In this document: positions 46,244 through 58,200 of the stretch, piece after piece
How the letters are laid out: each line of letters opens with the position of its first letter
Numbering within the stretch: the first letter of the stretch is position 1
Source of the DNA: Octopus vulgaris
Lineage: Eukaryota
NCBI GenBank assembly: GCA_951406725.2
Contig: OX597814.1
Coordinates: 192,448,001-192,512,000 of the forward strand
DNA: 64,000 nt
Direction of reading: 5' to 3'
Notes under the pieces: generated by a model
Databases searched by the model: none
Told to the model about the DNA's origin: nothing
What the model saw: only the letters and a program-made list of their open reading frames with translations
Program-made: the position numbers and the translations under genes

Positions 46244-49200
46244 ATCAACCCAGAGCTTATTCTTTGTAAGCCTAGTACTTATTCTATCGGTCACTTTTGC
46301 CAAACTGCTAAGTTACAGGGACATAAACACACCAGCATCAGTTGTCAAGCAATGCTGGGGTGGGGGGGACAAACAGACGCACAAACATATACACACATAC
46401 ATACATACATACATATATATATATACATACACACACACATATACGACTGGCTTCTTCCAGTTTCTGTCTACGAAATCCACTCACAAGGCTTTGGTCAGCC
46501 CAAGGCTGTACTAGTAGACACTTGCCCAAGGTGCCACACAGTGGGACTGAACCCGGGACCATGTGGTTGGTAAGCCACTCCTGTGCCTATGTGTGTGTAA
46601 GATTTATATTAGCATGGATCATCTGAATGCAAACTCTATAAAAAGGTTTAATTTTCACTATATCTAGATGAAACAAATCATCATGGATGGTATAGTTCAC
46701 TAGATGAGTAGAACTGTATAATTGTGTTGCAGCAAAGGGATATGAGATCTACGATATTCATGCCTTTCTCTATGGCAATTAAGTCATACAAGGGTGGGTT
46801 GAACAAATCGACTCCAGGACTCATTCTTTGTAAGCCTAATGCTTATTCTATCGGTCTCTTTTGCTGAACTGCTAAGTTACTGTGATGTAAATACACCAGC
46901 ATCAGTTGTCAAGCAATGGTGGAGGGACAAACATGGACACACACACACACACACATATATATATAACAGGCTTCTTTCAGTTCCTTATTTCTTTATTGCC
47001 CACAAGGGGCTAAACATAGAGGGCACTAACAAGGACAGACAAAGGGATTAAGTCGATTATATCAACCCCAGTGCGTAACTGGTACTTAATTTATCGACCC
47101 CAAAAGGATGAAAGGCAAAGTCGACCTTGGCGGAATTTGAACTCAGAACGTAACAGCAGACGAAATACCACTAAGCATTTCGCCTGGTGTGCTAACGTTT
47201 CCGCCAGCTTGCCACCTTTTTACAGGCTTCTTTCAGTTTCTGCCTACCACATCCACTCACAAATCTCTGGTCGGCCTGAGGCTATAGTAGAAGACACTTG
47301 CCCAAGGTACCACTCGGTGGGACTGAACCTGGAACCATATGGTTGGTAAGCAAGCTACTTACCACACAGCCACTCCTGCACCTATATATTGTTTACAAAT
47401 AGGCTTCATTCTAATCCTCAAAAATGTATGGTGTTATGCCTAAGAATATTAGAAATTACTGTAAGGTGATGAACTGATTGGATTATTTCTACACTGGATA
47501 AAATGACTGACAGCATTTCTTCTGACTTTATGTTTTGAGTTCAAATGCTGCCAGGGTTGACTTTGGGTTTAATAAAATAAAGTACCAGCTGAGCACTGGG
47601 GTTGATATAATCGATTTAGTCCTTCCCTGAAATTGCTGGCCTTGTGTCAAAATTTGAAATCAGTATTGGAAATTACTGTTATTATTTAGGAGAGTAAAGC
47701 AATGAGCTGGCCGAATCATTAGCACGCCGGGCTAAATGCTTCACAGCATTTCAGTTGTCCTTACATTCTGAGTTCAAATTCCACCAAAGTTGACTTTGCT
47801 TTTTATCCTTTCAGGGTTGATAAATTAAGTACCAGTGGAACACTGGGAGTTGATGTAATCGACTAGTCTACCTCCCACCAAAATTTTAGGTCTTGTGTCT
47901 ATAATAGAAAGGGTTATTAAGGAGAGTAAATGTGGTGAGCTGACAGAATTGTTAAAAGACAGGGTAAAATGCTTAGCAGGATCTTGTCCATCTTGTTGTT
48001 CTGTGTTCAGTTTTCACTGAGGTTCATTTTGTCTTTCTTACTTTCAGGGTCGATAAATTAAATGCCATTTGAGTACTAGGGGTGATGAAATTGACTTACC
48101 CCTTCACGTAAAATTGCTGGCCTTGTGCCAGAATTTTAAACCATCTATTAAGGAGAATGATAAACCAGTGAATACCATTCAAGCGTAGGTTGATGCCAAT
48201 GCCACCTGATTGGCTCCTTGTGCCGGTGGCACATAGAAAGCACCATCCAAATGTGATCAATGCCAGTCCCCCGCCAACTGGCTCCTGTGTCAGTGGAATG
48301 TAAAAAGCACCATCTGAATGTGGATGATGCCAATTCTGTCTGACTGGCTCCTGTGCTGGTGGCACGTAAATGCACCCACTACACTCTTGGAGTGGTTGGC
48401 ATTAAGAAGGGCATCCAGCCATAGAAACCTTGCCAGATCTAGGGCGGCAAGCTGGCAGAATCGTTAGCACGCCAAGTGAAATGCTTGGTGGTATTTCATC
48501 TGCCGCTATGTTCTGAGTTCAAATTCCGCCGAGGTTGACTTTGCCTTTCATCTTTTTGGGGTTGATTAAATAAGTACCAGTTATGCACTGAGGTCGATAT
48601 AATCGACTTAATCCATTTGCTTGTCCCCTCTGTGTGTAGCCCCTTGTGGGCAATAAAGAAATAAGAAACCTTGCCAGATCAGATTGGAGCTTGACACAGC
48701 CTACTGGCTTGCCAGTCTCCCAGTCAAACCATCCAACCCATGCCAGCATGGAAAGCAGACATTAAACAACGATGATGATAGTAGAATCATTAGAACCTCA
48801 AGAAAAAAGATGCTTTGTAATATTTGTTCCACACACAAAAACACATATATACATACATATACACACACACATACATATATATATATCAACATCAATGGAA
48901 TTTGTAGTTGTGATACCAGTGCCGGTGGCATGTAAGAGAACCATCCAAACATGGCCACAGCCAGTGCCGGTGGCACGTAAAAAGCACCATCTGAGCGTGG
49001 CCGTTCGCCAGCCTCGTCTGTGTAAAAACCTGTGTAAAAAGCACCCACTACACCCACGGAGTGGTTGGCGTTAGGAAGGGCATCCAGCTGTAGAAACTTT
49101 GCTAGATCTGACTGGCCTGGTGCAGCCTCCTGGCTTCCCAGACCCCGGTCGAACCGTCCAACCTGTGCTAGCGCGGAAAACGGACGTTAAACGATGATGA

Positions 49201-51129
49201 TGATGATGATATACATATATATATATATATATATATTTGGCGGCGAGCTGGCAGATATGTTAGCATTCCAGGCGAAATGCTTAGTGGTATTTCATCTGCT
49301 GTTACGTTCTGGGTTCAAATTCCGCCGAGGTCGACTTTGCCTTTCATCCTTTCGGGGTCGATAAATAAAGTACCAGTGACGCACTGGGGTTGATGTAATC
49401 GACTTAATCCCTTTGTTTGTCCCCTCTATGTTTAGCCCCTTGTGGGAAATAAAGAAATATATATATATATATATATATATACATACACACATGGATAAAT
49501 ATATAAAAGATATTGATTGGCCAGGAGGCTATAGTAGAAGATACTTGCCCAAGGAACTGTACAGTAAGTCTAAACCCAAAACCACATTGTTAGTTGTGAA
49601 GCAAACTTTCGAACTACACTGCCATGCCTGTCCTTCATTCGAGCACAAAAGAGAGAGAGAGAGAGAAGACTATTGCAATGCCTTAGTTGCCTGCTTGTAA
49701 AAGCAATCAATAGGGCAGATGCCACGATGTCTCCTCAATTTCAAAGTGTAGTTTGGATTGTAGATTAGTGTTGCGTTCACTTGACTTCATTAAATGAAAG
49801 ATTATAAAGACAGCTGGGGGAAAGAAAGAAGAAAAGAAAATCAATATATGAAGCTACACCTTCTTTTGATAATGATAGCAAAGAGATATGATCTGGCTTG
49901 TAGGATGTCACTTAAGTGAATGTGACAGGTCTTTAGTTGATCAACATTGCATATTTTATGAATGAACAACAAGAAACTGGAGACAGGTGGTAAATTAAAA
50001 GTAGACAGGGGTGGTAGTAGTAGTAGTGGCGGTGGTGGTAGTGGTGGTAGTAGTAGTAGTAGTGGTGGTGGTGGTGGTGGTGGTAGTTGTCGTAGTAGTA
50101 GTAGTAGTAAAAAAAGTTCTATTTTCTGCTTTGGAAAAAGAGAACTGGTCTCAACTGATTCTAAATTGATTCTAGTTCTTAAAGATACATCAACTTTTGA
50201 ACAAAACAATGAAGTCCTTTAGATATTTCATCTTGTAATCTAAACATATTCAATATTCAGTAATAATCCTTTCATAAGAAATTATTGTGACAAACATCTC
50301 TCGGCTTCAAAATGACAGATTCATTACTTTTTACCTTTGGTGCAATGACTCTTGCTGTTGTAAATGGTTCTAAGCAAGGCAAAACTATTAATAACAATTC
50401 CATAATATTGGTAATTGGAGAAGTTGTTAGAATGCTTGCAGCATTAACATTTGTTCTGATGCTTGGCACTTCAAGTTCTAATCCCACTGAAGCTGAATTT
50501 GCCTTTTATTCTTTAAGGGTTTATAAAAGAGTACCAATCCATAGCTGTGGGTTGGTGGAAGTGTAGGGAACATCAGACCAAATGCTTTGTGATATTTGTC
50601 CCTACATGTTCTATTTTGAGTTCAAATTCTGTCATAGCTTCCCTGGGTGGTTGTTTCAATTTGTTACTCAGTTTAATGCTAACCATTTCACCTGGCATGC
50701 TAACATTTCTGCCAGCTCCCTGCCTTATATGGCCCAAATATTGCACCAGTTTCAACTGGCCACATTCAACCCTTCATATCTAACCTACAATGTTATTCTA
50801 AAAATAAACAATCACATCATCAAAATTTCAAAGCTATGAGATAGCGCAGGATCAATTCAAAGCAATGCAAATAAATAAGCATTACAATAGACAGAACAAT
50901 CTGAATGCTAAATGATTAAGAAATTTTGGTATGGATTAGGGCCAAATGATTTCTATTTTGTGATGAGTGGTCAGTCTACACCTATCCACCACTACAGGTT
51001 TATAGCTTTAAGTTTATAGTGTGTGTGTGTGCATATACACACATACATACATACACACATGCATACGTACTTACATACATACATACATGCATGCGTGCAT
51101 ACATACATATACACATATATATGTACATA

Positions 51130-51406
51130 TATCACGTGACTGACCAGACCATCAGATGTTGTTACACATCGCTGGTCACAATGCGTTCACATTGTTTTAG
51201 CCTTCGAATGACGCCACCCTGCTGGCTAAGCGAGCAGGCCAACAGAAGAAAGAGTACAGCAGGGATCACCACCCCCTGCCGGAGGCTCGTGGAGCTTTTA
51301 GGTGTTTTCGCTCAATAAACACTCACAACACCCGGTCTGGGAATCGAAACCGCGATCCTGCGACCGCGGGTCCGCTGCCCTAACCACTGGGCCATTGCGC
51401 CTCCAC
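51130..51406 (-). mobile_element. tRNA-derived SINE family D (representative copy)
   Basis: Head gtggaggcgcaatggcccagtggttagggcagcgg..ggtttcgattccc. Other copies near 15548-15710 (+), 35460-35758, 55413-55718 and 58280-58656 (-). Confidence 0.85.
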
Positions 51407-52565
51407 TATGTACATATATATAACGAACTAACTGTTACTTTCTCAGATGCAGCACGGATTTTTGTCAGTGAATAGGTCACGGTCTTAAAGCGACGAAAAT
51501 ATTTCGACAAATTAAACTTAAATGTTGAAGTGAATCTAACGGCTTTTGTGTGTTTCTTAAATGGCTTACAAACACCTACCACGCTGCAATTGATTTCTAT
51601 TTTCCTTGATCTTTAATGAACATACTCCATTTCATGGACAAAAAATGTATATACTTTAAATTAAAATAATACTGATGTTGTCAATAATTACATTAGGCTA
51701 ATTAAAATTTGGGTTTTAAAACTTACATAATTAATAAGAGTGAAAATTGTTTTTCTTTTCATATAGAATTTGAACCATAGGTAATTAAAGTAATTAAAGA
51801 AATTAAATTGATTAATTAATTAATGGATGAATGGATGGATGGATGGGTGGATGGACGGACAGATGTTTAGTGATAATGGCATGGTAAAATGCATTCGGTC
51901 CATACTTTTTGGAGCATAAACTATAGAAATATGAAGGACGTCAATGATAAAAAATTAAATTGAAAAAGAAAACAATAGAGCTGTGAACTCTGCCAGCTTT
52001 GGAAAGCAGTAACTCTGAAGCAAAATAGATGTAAGGAAGATAGGTTTCTTTAACCCTGCTACAGAAAGCCTCTCTAGTAGTGGTGGTGGAGTAGTAAAAT
52101 GCACTCAATCCATGCTGTAAAGTAGTTGATGTTAAGAAAGGCATTCAACCCTAAAACGCGTAACATGTATTGAAAAAGATTGGCAATTTTCTCTGCTATT
52201 GTGTGGGCCCAGATGAGACAGGACTGTGACAGGTAGTGGGGTGTGATGTGATCTGTACAAATTATGCTAGGCATGGCTGTGTAGTTAAAATCCTTGTTTC
52301 CTGACCATGTGGTCTTAAGTTTAGTCTCACTGTACGGCAGCACCTTGGGCAAAAGACTCTTCTACCATAACCCTAAGTCAACCAAATCCTTATGAGTAGG
52401 TTTGTAGACAGAAACTGAAAGAAGCTCATTGTGTGTGTATATAATCATCATCATCATCGTTTAATGTCCGGTTTCCATGCTGGCATGGGTTGGACAGTTT
52501 GACTGGGGACTGGCATCGACCACGTTCGGATGGTGCTTTTTACATGCCACCAGTCAGGTGACACA

Positions 52566-52611
<46 letters not shown>

Positions 52612-52626
52612 CACACATACATACAT

Positions 52627-52680
<54 letters not shown>

Positions 52681-53460
52681 ATACATATATATATATATCA
52701 TCATAATTGTTTAACATCCATTTTGCATGCTGGCATGGCTTGGATGGTTTGACATGAAGGTGGACAGCTCCCAGCTGTCCAGACTTCAATCGCCTGCTGA
52801 GGTATTGTTTCTATGGCAGGATGCCTTTCCCAATGTACATGGATAGCTATGTATCTCCTTTACAGCAGTACACCTGTTTCTGTCCTCATTTTCTCTCTCT
52901 CTCAGGCTGGGTAACTATGTACCTCCCCTACAGCAAGACACCTGTTTCTGGCTTTCTGTGACACACTAACCTTTCATCATCTGACACAAGAGCACCTCCC
53001 CAATGCCCCCTCCCCTCTCATAGGATTGCAAGTTACTTGGTGACCCTGCCAGTGCTGGTGCCACTTAAAAAGCATCCTGTCCACAGTGTAAAGTGGTTGG
53101 TATTTGAAGACCATGCCAAACTGACCTTGCCTGTGCTTGTGCCACATAAAAAAGCACTCAGTCCACTCTTCAGAGTGGTTGGTGTTAACAAGGGCATCCA
53201 GCCATAAAAACAGACACAGAAGTCTGGTGCAGGCTCCTATCTGGTCGGCTCCTGTCAAACCGTCCCACCTATGCCAGCATGGAAGGAAGACATTAAACGA
53301 TGATGATGATGATATATATATATTGAAGCCTGGTGCAGCCATCTGGTTCGCCAGCCCTCAGTCAAATCATCTAACCTATGCTAGCTTGGAAAGTGGACAT
53401 TAAACGATGATGATGATATGTGTGTGTGTGTGTATGTGTGTGTGTGTGTGTGTATGTATA

Positions 53461-54700
53461 CTGGGTAATCTCATGGATAATGCATTTTTTTTTTATTCTT
53501 CTTTTATTTTTCAAAATTAAGATAAAGTTCTTTTCTAATGTAAAATATGCTCTCCTTCATTTTCTACAATGCTCTTCTATCTATCTTGTAGTCTTGCAAG
53601 GTTCCTCTTCCAAAATTCACTTGTCCATGACAAAAAATACTCCTCCAGTACTGTTCTGGCCTCATCTACAGAATTCATATTTTTTCCATCCAAATGATTT
53701 TGAAGACTGTGGAATAAATCACAATCAGATGGGGCAATGTCCAGCGACTATGGTAGGTGGAGCATCGTTTCCCATTCAGACTGCTCAGCCTTTGGAATGT
53801 TATCCTCGCTGTATGTGACTGAGCATTATCCTGATTGAAGAACACCTTTTGTCTTGAAACCAAAGATGGTCGTTTTTCTTCTAGCGCTGACTTAAGCCAC
53901 TCACAGTAGATCTACTTTGTTATTGTTTGGTTTGGGTTTAAATTTTCAAAGTGGACTAAACCTTTCATATCCCACCAAACAGATAACAACACTTTACATG
54001 GATGAAGACCTTCTTTAGCTTGGAGTGCCAGTGTTTCTCCATTCCCTACCCACTGCCTTCAGCACTTGACATTTTTATAGAGAATCCATTTCTTGTCACC
54101 GGTCACTATTCTGTCCAAAAGAAGTTCATTTGTGAGATGTAACAGCAAAGAAGAGCACACATTCACTCTCTGCATGCGATTGACTCAATTTTCTGACTTT
54201 CCTGATGGCATGCAAGTGTCAATGAATGATTGAATGACCAAACCCAAGCTTCTCTGCTAGTTCCTCAACAGTTACAATGGAAATTTGTTCTACCAGGGTT
54301 TGCAGGACGTCCTCGTTGAGCTCTACAGATCTTCCAGGACGAGGCTCGTTTTCTAGGCTGCGGTTTGTGGCTTGGAATTTCTGGAACCACCATTGACACT
54401 GGCTTACACTTATTGTCCAATCCCCATATACTGCATTAATATTCCTCACACTTTCCGTTGCGATGTTGCCTTTATTGAACTCATAAAGCAAAATATGCTG
54501 AATATGCTCCTTTGTCACTTCTATTATAGCTTTGAAAAAATACTGTTAAAATCGAACCGCACTCTTCAAAATTTGCACTAAGAATTAAGTAAAATCACAA
54601 CCTGCTTTTATAGCAAGTTGATGCAGGTAGTTTATCCTATTCCCCTCTGACTTTTAGTTCATGTGATTGAAATAAACGCATTATTTATGGGATGACCCAA
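53461..54700 (-). mobile_element. Full-length decayed mariner transposon (transposase pseudogene)
   Basis: TA-flanked imperfect TIRs ctgggtaatctcatggataatgc / gcattatttatgggatgacccaa; HTH region (ILLYEF..WFQKF..EPRPGR), VTGDKKW, QDNAQSH and DIAPSD motifs broken by frameshifts. Confidence 0.92.
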
Positions 54701-55175
54701 TATATATATATATATATATATGCATGTATCTGTGTGTGTGCGCCCTTGTCTAGACATCATGTAATGGTTGTAAGTGAGCATTTTTGTTATACAAGCAATG
54801 CTGTTCCTTTCCAGTCTTCCATGAAAGACGTGTCTGGCCATGGGAGATATGGGTGAAAATGCATCTGATGAAACTAGACTAAAGAAAATGTGTGAAAAAT
54901 AATATAAAAGTAGTTAGTTAAAGCTTGCGAAGATACATCTGGCATTTGAGATGAGACAAGATTCAAATCTATGGACAGACATTACGATTCCAACATGCCA
55001 AACCAACATCAACATGGACAAGTGAATGCAAACATTTTAGTGACGGAAATGAAGACATCGTTAAAGAAAGTGAAGATAAAAACGTGTTGATCGTAAATAA
55101 TTTAATCAAGTAAAAACAAAACGATAACAGACAAGTAAAAGTGTCGATATCACAGAAATGTTATCAGAACATGGT

Positions 55176-55273
55176 TTAAAGCATTGCTCTAATGACACTT
55201 TGCTGAGAGACAGAAGCAAGTAAAGTACCATTTTGTGCCCAGAAACGTCCTGTATTAAAGCCTGTTCCATCAC
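55176..55273 (-). CDS. ACOT8: ACOT8 terminal exon (GDGTGFNTGRFWAQNGTLLASVSQQSVIRAML*)
   Basis: ttacag acceptor, phase 1; resembles GRLWxxDGxLxxSxxQEGVIR; absent from the ORF track; ATTAAA on minus at 55101-55106. Confidence 0.9.
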
Positions 55274-58200
55274 CTGTAATTAGACAAAAGCACAATGAAA
55301 AGAAATTTAAAAAATAACCTATCTGCAAGTTTGCCTGCATTTACAGAAAAAAAGAACAAATTAAATCCTATTTATTTGCTGAATGGTATTTATGAACCCC
55401 AAGGCGCCAATGTTGTTGTTTGTTCCTTCTCGAGCCATTTCTGGCTCATAAGGGCCAGTTTCCTGGTTTCTTGGCGTATAGGTTCCCCATCTGGATGGGA
55501 CACCGGTCCGTCGCAGGTGAGCTGCAAGATGCAGGAAGAAAGAGGGAGAGAAAATTGTGGCGAAAGAGTTAGCAGAAGTTTGCCATTACCTTCTGCTGCA
55601 GCCGTATGGAGCTTAGGTGTTTCGCTCATAGACACACACATCGCCTGGTCTGAAATTCGAACCCGCAATCCCTCAACCGCGAGTCCGCTGCTCTAACCAC
55701 TAGGCCAAGTGCCTCCACAAGGCGGCAATGGTATTTATGAAACTAAAGGCAGCAAGCTGGCAGAATCGCTAGCACGCCAGGTGAGATGCTTAGCGGTATT
55801 TCGTCTGCCGTTACATTCTGAGTTCAAATTCCGCCAAGGTCGACTTTGCCTTTCATCCTTTCAGTGTCAATAAATTAAGTACCAGTTACGCACTGGGGTC
55901 AATGAAATCGACTTAATCCATTTGTCTGTCCTTGTTTGTCCACTGTGTTTAGCCCCTTGTGGGTAGTAAAGAAATAGGTATTTATGAACCCCAGGAAAAT
56001 GGAAGGTGATATTTGAACTCAGAATGTTTAACTCTTTAGCAATTAAACTGGCCATATTCGTCTAAAATAGATTATCTACTTTATCAACAAATCAGCCAGA
56101 CCTGGCTTTCATACCTAACCTACAATGTCATTTTAAAAATAAATAATTACATCATTGAAATCTCAAAGCTATGAAACATTGCATGATTAATTCAAAACAA
56201 TGTGAATAAATAAGGGTTACATTTGATGGAGTAATCTGAATGCTAAAGGGTTAAGATGTAACTAAATAACTAGATGCTGCAAGGTCATTTGTCTATGCTT
56301 TACTGTTGCTGTTACTCCACTATATTTCCATCTCTTTTACTCTTTTACTTGTTTCAGTCATTTGACTGTGGCCATGCTGGTGCACTGCCTTTAGTCGAGC
56401 AAATCGACCCCAGGACTTATTCTTTGGAAGCCTAGCACTTATTCTATCGGTCTCTTTTGCTGAACCGCAAAGTTACGGGGACATAAACACACCAGCATCG
56501 GTTGTCAAGCGATGTTAGGGGGGACAAACACAGACACGCAAACATATACACACACATACACATATATACGATGGAATTCTTTCAGTTTCTGCCTACCAAA
56601 TCCACTCACAAGGCTTTGGGCAGCCCGTGGCTATAGTAAAAGACATTTGCCCAAGGTGCCATGCAGTGGGACTGAACCCGGAACCATGTGGTTCATAAAC
56701 AAGCTACTTAGCACACAGCCACTCCTACACCTATCTGGGTAAATAATGATTTCTTTTGAGGTTTCAGATTTATAAGAGAAGAGAGAGAAATGAATAATTG
56801 TCATACAATGAGGACTTTTCCAAAGGCATTAATGAGAAAAGTGAAGTGAAATAGTTTCAACTGATAACCCACATCAGATTATAAACAGTTCACTAGGAGC
56901 TTACTCTTTCCACATTTGAAAATGTGCAGGGTCAATTATGTGCAAGAAAAACTTCAGTTGATCAAATTAGAACTGATATATTGGTTTCAAATTTTAGCAC
57001 AAGGCTAGTAATTTTGGGGTGGGGTAAGTAAGTCAGTTACACTGACCCCAGTGCTCAACTGGCACTTAATTTATTAACCCTGAAAGAATGAAAGACAGAA
57101 TTGATATATTGCAAAAGTTTGCATCAACTCTAAAGAAATGATCAATATATAGGCAGCAAAGTTGAAGTATCAGATAACCAGCTATCAGATAACCACACTA
57201 TCACTGCTTTGTGTCTATGGTCATGACACTGTAACATTTACTAGAAATAGATGAATATTTTATTCACTTAAAGCACTGAATTCAGTTTTGCTGTAGGTCT
57301 GGAGAAGGTATTGAGAAACAGTAAGCCACTATTTCAGTGAATTTTCCCTTAGAATACCTACATAAACACCAAACCTCTTAGAGAGAGGAAAAGCAAATGT
57401 AGCAGGATCTGACAGGAGCAAAGTAATTGTTGTAAACTAACTAGTTTGGCTGTCGGCCAGCCATTTTATAGCATCTTTACCTAGTTGCATGTGCTAAATG
57501 ATAAATGAAACAAGTAGCATAGTTGCAGAATATTTAATACTAGCAGGACCCATGGAAATCCCACGGTATAAGTCAGCACATTTGAAAATATTATGTTAGT
57601 ATATTGAACACAAGCAAGGAATTTCAAAAAGTTTTCTGATATCCAACCATTTAATAAGGCATTATTTAAATAACGGGAAGCTTTATGAAAATAAACAAAA
57701 GACGAAGGCAGGTGGAATACAAACAAACAATTGTATTAGTATGGCGCTCAGGAATATAAATAAAACAAGTCTTTTACGTTTCGAGCCTACGCTCTTCAAC
57801 AGAAAGATACACAGAAAAGAAACACGGAAAGAAACAAGGAGAGAAAAAAAATACCTCATTGTAATATGTTTGACAGATATGATGTGGTTTATAGTTTAAG
57901 GAAATAAAAGACAAATTAAGACGATAAAACTTGTTCATATATATTGACTAAATGTCTATTATTTACAATTTTGTTAAATGTTTATGCTTGTGGAAGCAAT
58001 ATGATGATGATAACGTCTTGTTCCAGTCTGGTCCAAAACTGTTGGTGTTGATATTTAGCTTCAAGTCAGTCTTGAGATAGAGGAGACCTATGACCAAATC
58101 TATTCCAGTCCCTGACTATCTTCTCTATTTCAGACACGGTATATCTAGGACAACATTATTCAATGTGCACTTCCTTTTTAAAGACAGTACAAATTAATTT

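Noticed and set aside
49841-50222. Gly/Ser-rich and Pro/Leu-rich ORFs
   Set aside because: They arise from a (GGT/AGT)n microsatellite with no splice or homology support.
50335-50369. Possible 35-nt minus-strand exon (ttgcttag...aag|gtaaaa)
   Set aside because: It cannot be linked to any gene model; it could be a non-coding exon but is unsupported.
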